Shown one piece after another: positions 38,972-43,886 of a stretch of 43,886 nt of DNA. Below the pieces are notes generated by a model, which worked only from the letters and a program-made list of their open reading frames with translations, was not told where the DNA came from and made no database searches. Position 1 is the first letter of the stretch, and each line of letters begins with the position of its first letter. The DNA is from a virus (lineage: Duplodnaviria; Caudoviricetes). The stretch lies in the IMG/VR virus record IMGVR_UViG_3300036805_000160, positions 1 through 43,886 of that record. One strand, written 5' to 3'. Position numbers and translations under genes: made by a program.

Positions 38972-41900
38972 TCACCATCCCAGCTGGTTGTTACCGGCGG
39001 CGTCGTAGCCTGCGACGTCGCAGCGGAGGACGTTGCTCATGTAGGCGTAGGGGGTGACGAGCAGCGTCACCTGCCACTTCCCGGGGCCGATGTCGTGCTG
39101 CACTTTCTGCACGATCCCGGTGAACGTGATCGCGGGGGCGCCGAGTGGCCGCCGGTTGTAGGTGACCACATCCCCCTGCTCCACTCCGAGGGCGGCGGGC
39201 CAGGCGGCGGGGTGCGCGGCGGGGTTGAGGACGATCTGCTGCACCCGCACCGACGGCTGCTTGTAGGCGGCGAGGGACCAGTTGACGCGGTCGTAGGCGT
39301 CCTGGTCGGCGACGGTCTCAATGTTCTGTTGCAGGACGCCGCGCTGGAAGTACTGCAGCTTGGAGGTGGCGTCGGCGAGGGTGACGACCGCGCCCTGCTG
39401 GTTCTGCGACAGGGACCGCTGGCTGGTGACCGTGTTGTAGACGTACTGGTTGTCGTAGTTGTAGGACGAGCCGGGGAGTGCGGGGATCTCGCCGAGGTCC
39501 GGGCGGTCCCCGAACACATACTTCGCTGGCCGGTCGTACAGCCACTGGCGGGAGTAGTAGGTGACGGTGCCCGCGGCGTCGGCGAAGAACATGCCGCCGT
39601 CGGCGACGGCGACCGCGCCCATCGCCTGCGCCAGCGACTGCCCGGCGATCTGGTCCGCGGCGCCGAGCTGCGGCGACGGCGAGTCGGGCGACGCGGCGCG
39701 GCGCACCGAGAAGCCGCCCCAGGTGAGCAGCTCCCCCATCCGGGTGGACGCCGTGGTGGCGTAGGCGCCGAGGCCGGCGGCGTAGTAGTGGGCGTAGCGG
39801 CGGGTGGCACCGAGTACCGCGGGGAACACGGCGACGTGCCCGATCGCGTACGAGTACCCGTAGATCAGGTCGCCGGACGGGGAGTGCGCCGGGCCGAGGT
39901 ACAGGGCGTACCAGTCGGACAGGTTGTGGGCCGCGGTCAGGGCCACCGACGCGCCGCTTGTCCCGAACGGGTTGGTGTAGATGGTCGCGGTCCCAGCCGA
40001 CGGGGAGGAGAACTCGATCAGGACGGTGAACTGCAGCGCCGTCGGCGGGGTGCCGGGGGTGGGGAGGTCGCCGGTGAGGGTCGCCGTCACGGTGCTGGCG
40101 CCGTTGACCCCGGAGACGATCATGTCGATGTTGCCGGTGGGGCCGTTGGCCTGCACCACCAGCCGCATCGCCGACGGGTAGTTCACCGAGGCGTTGTAGT
40201 TCCCGTAGCGGCCCTCGATCCGCAGCAGCTCGCAGATCGCCTTGGTGCCGGTGTTGATGTCGTTCCCCACGTACGCCCAGAATTCGATCATGAGGCCGCC
40301 GGTGCGGCCGGGTTGCAGCATGCCGGAGTCGAGGTAGCGTGCGCCGGGCGCCTGGTAATGCTGCGTCCCGCCCGTTATGGCGCTGGTGCCGATCCCGGTT
40401 CCCGCGTCGCCGAGGAGGCCGAGGGCCTGCCCGGTGGACAGGCTGATCTGGTTCGCCGCCACGCGGGAGAACCCGTCGATGCACACCGCGCCCTTGGAGT
40501 TGGTGCGGGCGGCGTTGGACAGCGGTTTCCCGGTGGCAGGGTCGCCGCTGGTGTAACTTTCGCCGCACGGCAGGTACAGGTAGGGCTGGTCGATCAGGTA
40601 TTCCCCCGCCAGCGCGGAGGGCATGACGGTGTTGGCGAGGACGGAGATGCCGTCGGCGGCTTCCATCGGGGAGAAACCCCACTGCGGCAGGTCAGGCCAG
40701 GTTTGCGGCCATTTCTGCACGTATCCGTACCCGATGGGGTAGGTGCGGCCCTGCCAGTACGCCGACGCCCGCACCGGGACGCCGAGTTTGACGAGCCCGG
40801 TCGCCACCGGCGTGCTGCCCGCCACCAGCGCGGCCTCGTCGACGTAGAAGACGGTCGCCGCCGGGGGTGTGGCTCCCAGTTGCGGGATGATCGAGGCGTA
40901 CGCGGCGCCCGCCGGTGCGACCGCGGCGGCGAACACGAACTGCGTCCACTGCCCGGCGGGGAACGACGCCGCCGGGGCCGGCGCCGACGTGGACAGGTAG
41001 GTGTGGCTGGAGTTGAACCAGTTGATGACCACGTCCCCGCCGGACGCCCACCCGGCGGGGATGTAGAACCAGGCCGACGCGGTGTAAGGCTGCCCGGCGG
41101 TGACCGGCACCTGCTCCGACATGGCGCCGGGATTCGCGGTGACCCCGTCGGGGGTGACCTGCACCGACCGGGTACCGGTGTAGGCGAACGCCGCCGAGGA
41201 CGCGAGGACGGCGTTGTTGCTGCTGCCCCACGGGGAGACGCCCGCCTCGAAGCTCATGTTGGCGTTGAGGGCGTTCGAGTAGTAGGGGGAGCCGCTGCTG
41301 GCGGTGCCGAACGCGCCGTCCTGGTTGTTCAGCAGCACGTTCAGCGTTCCGGCTTCGGTGGTGGTGAGCTCGTAGGAGCGGCCCCGCGACGCGGCGATGC
41401 TGGTGCCGCCGGACGGGCCGATGGTCCGGGGTGTGATGTCGGTCCAGGCGGGGACGGCGGTGATGTCGCCGGGCTGGTACCCGAACGCCGCCTCCACCTT
41501 CAGGGCGGGCCACGCCGGGTTCTTCAGGACCGGCGGGGAGCTGGCGAGTTTGATGCCGACGACGATGCCCGCCAGCGAGGTGGTGGCTGACGCGGTCCAG
41601 GTCGCGGTGACGGCGCCGGGGGATTCGGTGGCCCACAGCGAGCGGAGCTGCGTGCTGGCCAGGTCGCCGCCGAAGTAGTCCGCCACGTTGCTGTCAGCGA
41701 TGGTGGTCCACAGGCCCGGGTCGGTGACGGTGGGTGCTTTCGTGCAGGCCATCGCGGCGATGGCCATGTCGGACGCGGCGAACGTGGGATTCACCGCGAC
41801 GGATGTGCCGGAGGCGGTGAACGCGGACGCGGCGACGTCGAGGACCGGGTACTGCGGCAGCCCCGACACTTCGGCGACGTGCGCGAGGGCGGTGGTGGTG

Positions 41901-42226
41901 AACCCCGACAGCCCGACGCTCACCCACGACACGGGCTGGGCGTTGGCCGCCATCCACACCGACACGCGCATCCCCCCGGCGGCCGGGGCGGTGCCGAGGT
42001 GAACCCACCAGTTGTGCGCCGAGTCCGCGACCGACGCGACCGGGTTGCTGCCGTCCGGCCGGTACGCCCCCGCCAGGTCGTGGGCGAGGGAATTCCACCC
42101 GATCACCACGATCAGCGTGTTCCCCGCCGTGTTCACCGCCGTCAGGGGGAAGGTGCCGATGCCGTAGCACCACGGCGACGGGTACCCGCCCCCCGCCGTG
42201 GTCACGCTGACGATCGATATGGCCAT
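38972..42226 (-). CDS. Large minor tail (baseplate hub) protein with CBM-like and LamG-like inserts
   Basis: Follows the tape measure gene. Contains 'WTDIT...RGRSYEL...LNNQDG', a CBM-like 'NMSFEAGVSPW...YTASAWF...FYVDEA' segment and a Tal-like C-terminus 'DGGMFFADAAGTVTY'. Confidence 0.8.
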   Translation of the reverse strand: MAISIVSVTTAGGGYPSPWCYGIGTFPLTAVNTAGNTLIVVIGWNSLAHDLAGAYRPDGSNPVASVADSAHNWWVHLGTAPAAGGMRVSVWMAANAQPVSWVSVGLSGFTTTALAHVAEVSGLPQYPVLDVAASAFTASGTSVAVNPTFAASDMAIAAMACTKAPTVTDPGLWTTIADSNVADYFGGDLASTQLRSLWATESPGAVTATWTASATTSLAGIVVGIKLASSPPVLKNPAWPALKVEAAFGYQPGDITAVPAWTDITPRTIGPSGGTSIAASRGRSYELTTTEAGTLNVLLNNQDGAFGTASSGSPYYSNALNANMSFEAGVSPWGSSNNAVLASSAAFAYTGTRSVQVTPDGVTANPGAMSEQVPVTAGQPYTASAWFYIPAGWASGGDVVINWFNSSHTYLSTSAPAPAASFPAGQWTQFVFAAAVAPAGAAYASIIPQLGATPPAATVFYVDEAALVAGSTPVATGLVKLGVPVRASAYWQGRTYPIGYGYVQKWPQTWPDLPQWGFSPMEAADGISVLANTVMPSALAGEYLIDQPYLYLPCGESYTSGDPATGKPLSNAARTNSKGAVCIDGFSRVAANQISLSTGQALGLLGDAGTGIGTSAITGGTQHYQAPGARYLDSGMLQPGRTGGLMIEFWAYVGNDINTGTKAICELLRIEGRYGNYNASVNYPSAMRLVVQANGPTGNIDMIVSGVNGASTVTATLTGDLPTPGTPPTALQFTVLIEFSSPSAGTATIYTNPFGTSGASVALTAAHNLSDWYALYLGPAHSPSGDLIYGYSYAIGHVAVFPAVLGATRRYAHYYAAGLGAYATTASTRMGELLTWGGFSVRRAASPDSPSPQLGAADQIAGQSLAQAMGAVAVADGGMFFADAAGTVTYYSRQWLYDRPAKYVFGDRPDLGEIPALPGSSYNYDNQYVYNTVTSQRSLSQNQQGAVVTLADATSKLQYFQRGVLQQNIETVADQDAYDRVNWSLAAYKQPSVRVQQIVLNPAAHPAAWPAALGVEQGDVVTYNRRPLGAPAITFTGIVQKVQHDIGPGKWQVTLLVTPYAYMSNVLRCDVAGYDAAGNNQLGW

Positions 42227-42232
42227 GGCGGG

Positions 42233-43886
42233 CTACCCGGGGACCAGGACGCCGGTCACGTTGCCGGGGCCGTTCAGCCGGTTGTAACCGAAGATCAGGC
42301 TTTTCTGGATGCTGAGCAGGTTCTGCCCGTCCACCTGGATGATCAGGTCGCCGGACGGGATGCCGCCGCCCCCGGCGGCAGTGGCGGCTCCGGGGGCGGC
42401 GGCGGCGTAGGCGGCCACCCCGCCGGGCCCGGCCGTGGCGCCGGTCAGCGACTGGGCGATCTGCGCCATCACAGCGGTGGCCTGCGGCGCGGTGTCGGTC
42501 ATCCCCTGGATCAGGCCGAGGACGATCTGGCGGCCGTGCTCCGCGAACACCTGGCTGGGGGAGAAGATCTTCAGGACCCACCCGAACGCGTGCGCGATGT
42601 CGCGTGCCCAGCCTTCGACCCAGCCGAGGACCCGGTTCATCATCCCGACCATCCCGTTCCACAGGCCGAGGATGGCGTTCCAGCCGATGTTCCACAGGCC
42701 GGAGGCGAGGCCGGACAGGGCGTTCCAGATCCACCCGGGGACCTTGCTGATCCAGTTCACGGCCGCGGTGAGGGCGTCGACGATGGCGTGGTAGGCGTCG
42801 AAGAACCAGTTGTGGAAGTCCGACGGCATCCGCTCGAACCAGCGGAAGACGGCGATTATGGCGTCGACGGCGCCGCGGACGACCACCACGATCGCCTCGA
42901 ACACGACTTTCACCACGTCGATCAGGAACTTGATCACCGGGATCAGCTTCCCGTTGATGTACACCTCCCACCGGACCATCGCCGTGATAACCGGCATGAT
43001 CGCGGGCAGCAGCGCGGTGATCAGCGACGCCACCAGCTGGACGATCATCGGGATCAGCGGGGCGATCGCCTGCACCAGCCGGGCGAACACCGGCACCAGA
43101 GGGAGCAGCGCCTGCAGCATCCGCACTCCGGCCTGCACGATCTGCATGAGGGCGGGCATCGAGGAGATCAGCGCCTGCAGCAGCGGCCCGATGATCGCCG
43201 TCGCCAGCTGCAAGATGATGGGGATCATCGGCCGCAGCGCTGTCATCAGCAGGTTGATCACCAGGCCGAGGAGCTGCATCAGCGGCGGCATCAGCGGCTG
43301 CAGCGCGGACACCAGCTGCCCGAGGACCCCCACGAGGAAGTTCAGGACCTGGCCTGCGTCGCCGATCAGTTTCGACAGCGGCCCGAACGACCCGGTGAGC
43401 GCGGAGGCGAGGACGCGGAGGATGCCCAGGAGGGCGCCGCCGAGAACGCCCACCAGCTGGTTGATGATCGCGAGGCCGGGTTTCACCATCGGCGCGATCG
43501 CCGCGAGGACCTGGTTGACCAGCTGCAGCAACTCGCCGATCAGCCGCCCTACACCCGGCGCGGCGGCGTTCGCCATCGCCCCGACCTCGGCGAGGATGGG
43601 ACCCATCTGTTTCATCGCCGCGGCGGCGATCTGCAGGAGGGCGGGGGTGATGGCCTGCTGCATCTTCTGCCACGCCTGATCGAGGGTGGTGAGCCCCGCG
43701 GCGAACCCCCGCTGCGCGGGGGTCAGCTGGTTGTAGGCCTGCCCCTGGGCCACCAGCTGCTTCAGGGCGGCCTGCTGGGCGGGCAGCATCGCGGACACGG
43801 CTTTCTTGTTCTGCTCCAGCGACACCGCGGCGTTCTGCTGCGCGCCGGTGAGGTCCTGCCAGCGGGTGCCCTGCTGCCCCAGCAGC
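42233..43886 (-). CDS. Tape measure protein, C-terminal part
   Basis: Amphipathic 'L.PL.P.L.QL' repeats, Trp-periodic repeats and 'LKIFSPSQVFAEHGRQIVLGLIQGM'. Confidence 0.9.
   Translation of the reverse strand, partial: LLGQQGTRWQDLTGAQQNAAVSLEQNKKAVSAMLPAQQAALKQLVAQGQAYNQLTPAQRGFAAGLTTLDQAWQKMQQAITPALLQIAAAAMKQMGPILAEVGAMANAAAPGVGRLIGELLQLVNQVLAAIAPMVKPGLAIINQLVGVLGGALLGILRVLASALTGSFGPLSKLIGDAGQVLNFLVGVLGQLVSALQPLMPPLMQLLGLVINLLMTALRPMIPIILQLATAIIGPLLQALISSMPALMQIVQAGVRMLQALLPLVPVFARLVQAIAPLIPMIVQLVASLITALLPAIMPVITAMVRWEVYINGKLIPVIKFLIDVVKVVFEAIVVVVRGAVDAIIAVFRWFERMPSDFHNWFFDAYHAIVDALTAAVNWISKVPGWIWNALSGLASGLWNIGWNAILGLWNGMVGMMNRVLGWVEGWARDIAHAFGWVLKIFSPSQVFAEHGRQIVLGLIQGMTDTAPQATAVMAQIAQSLTGATAGPGGVAAYAAAAPGAATAAGGGGIPSGDLIIQVDGQNLLSIQKSLIFGYNRLNGPGNVTGVLVPG
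43767..43886. repeat. Terminal direct overlap, right copy (identical to 10..129)
   Basis: Direct comparison of the two ends. Confidence 0.95.

Noticed and set aside
37153-42226. Diversity-generating retroelement or invertible tail-fibre cassette
   Set aside because: I saw no reverse transcriptase, invertase or template/variable repeat pair.

Overview
This window is an apparently complete, circularly permuted genome of a very GC-rich temperate actinobacterial siphovirus. The ends overlap by about 120 bp inside the tape-measure gene, and an intact attP carries the 3' half of a tRNA-Lys(TTT). The minus strand carries the early and replication genes (Xis, BldC-like protein, two orphan methyltransferases, RecE-like exonuclease with an annealase, Rep with an internal origin), then the packaging, head, tail and lysis genes. 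The plus strand carries the repressor, the tyrosine integrase, attP and a right-arm accessory region. The stand-out feature is a complete-looking actinomycete conjugation cassette of the AICE/plasmid type at about 30.2-34.7 kb: GntR/KorSA-like repressor, DUF2637/Spd-like membrane protein, FtsK-like TraB, a clt-like repeat cluster and small spd-like genes. This suggests a phage that could also spread by TraB-mediated conjugation. Also notable are a predicted -1 frameshift (C CCA AAA) fusing portal to MuF, using the same heptamer as the tail chaperone, a DNA motif shared by the immunity switch and attP, and a structured-RNA candidate upstream of rep. All family assignments come from motif recognition by eye; no database searches were run.
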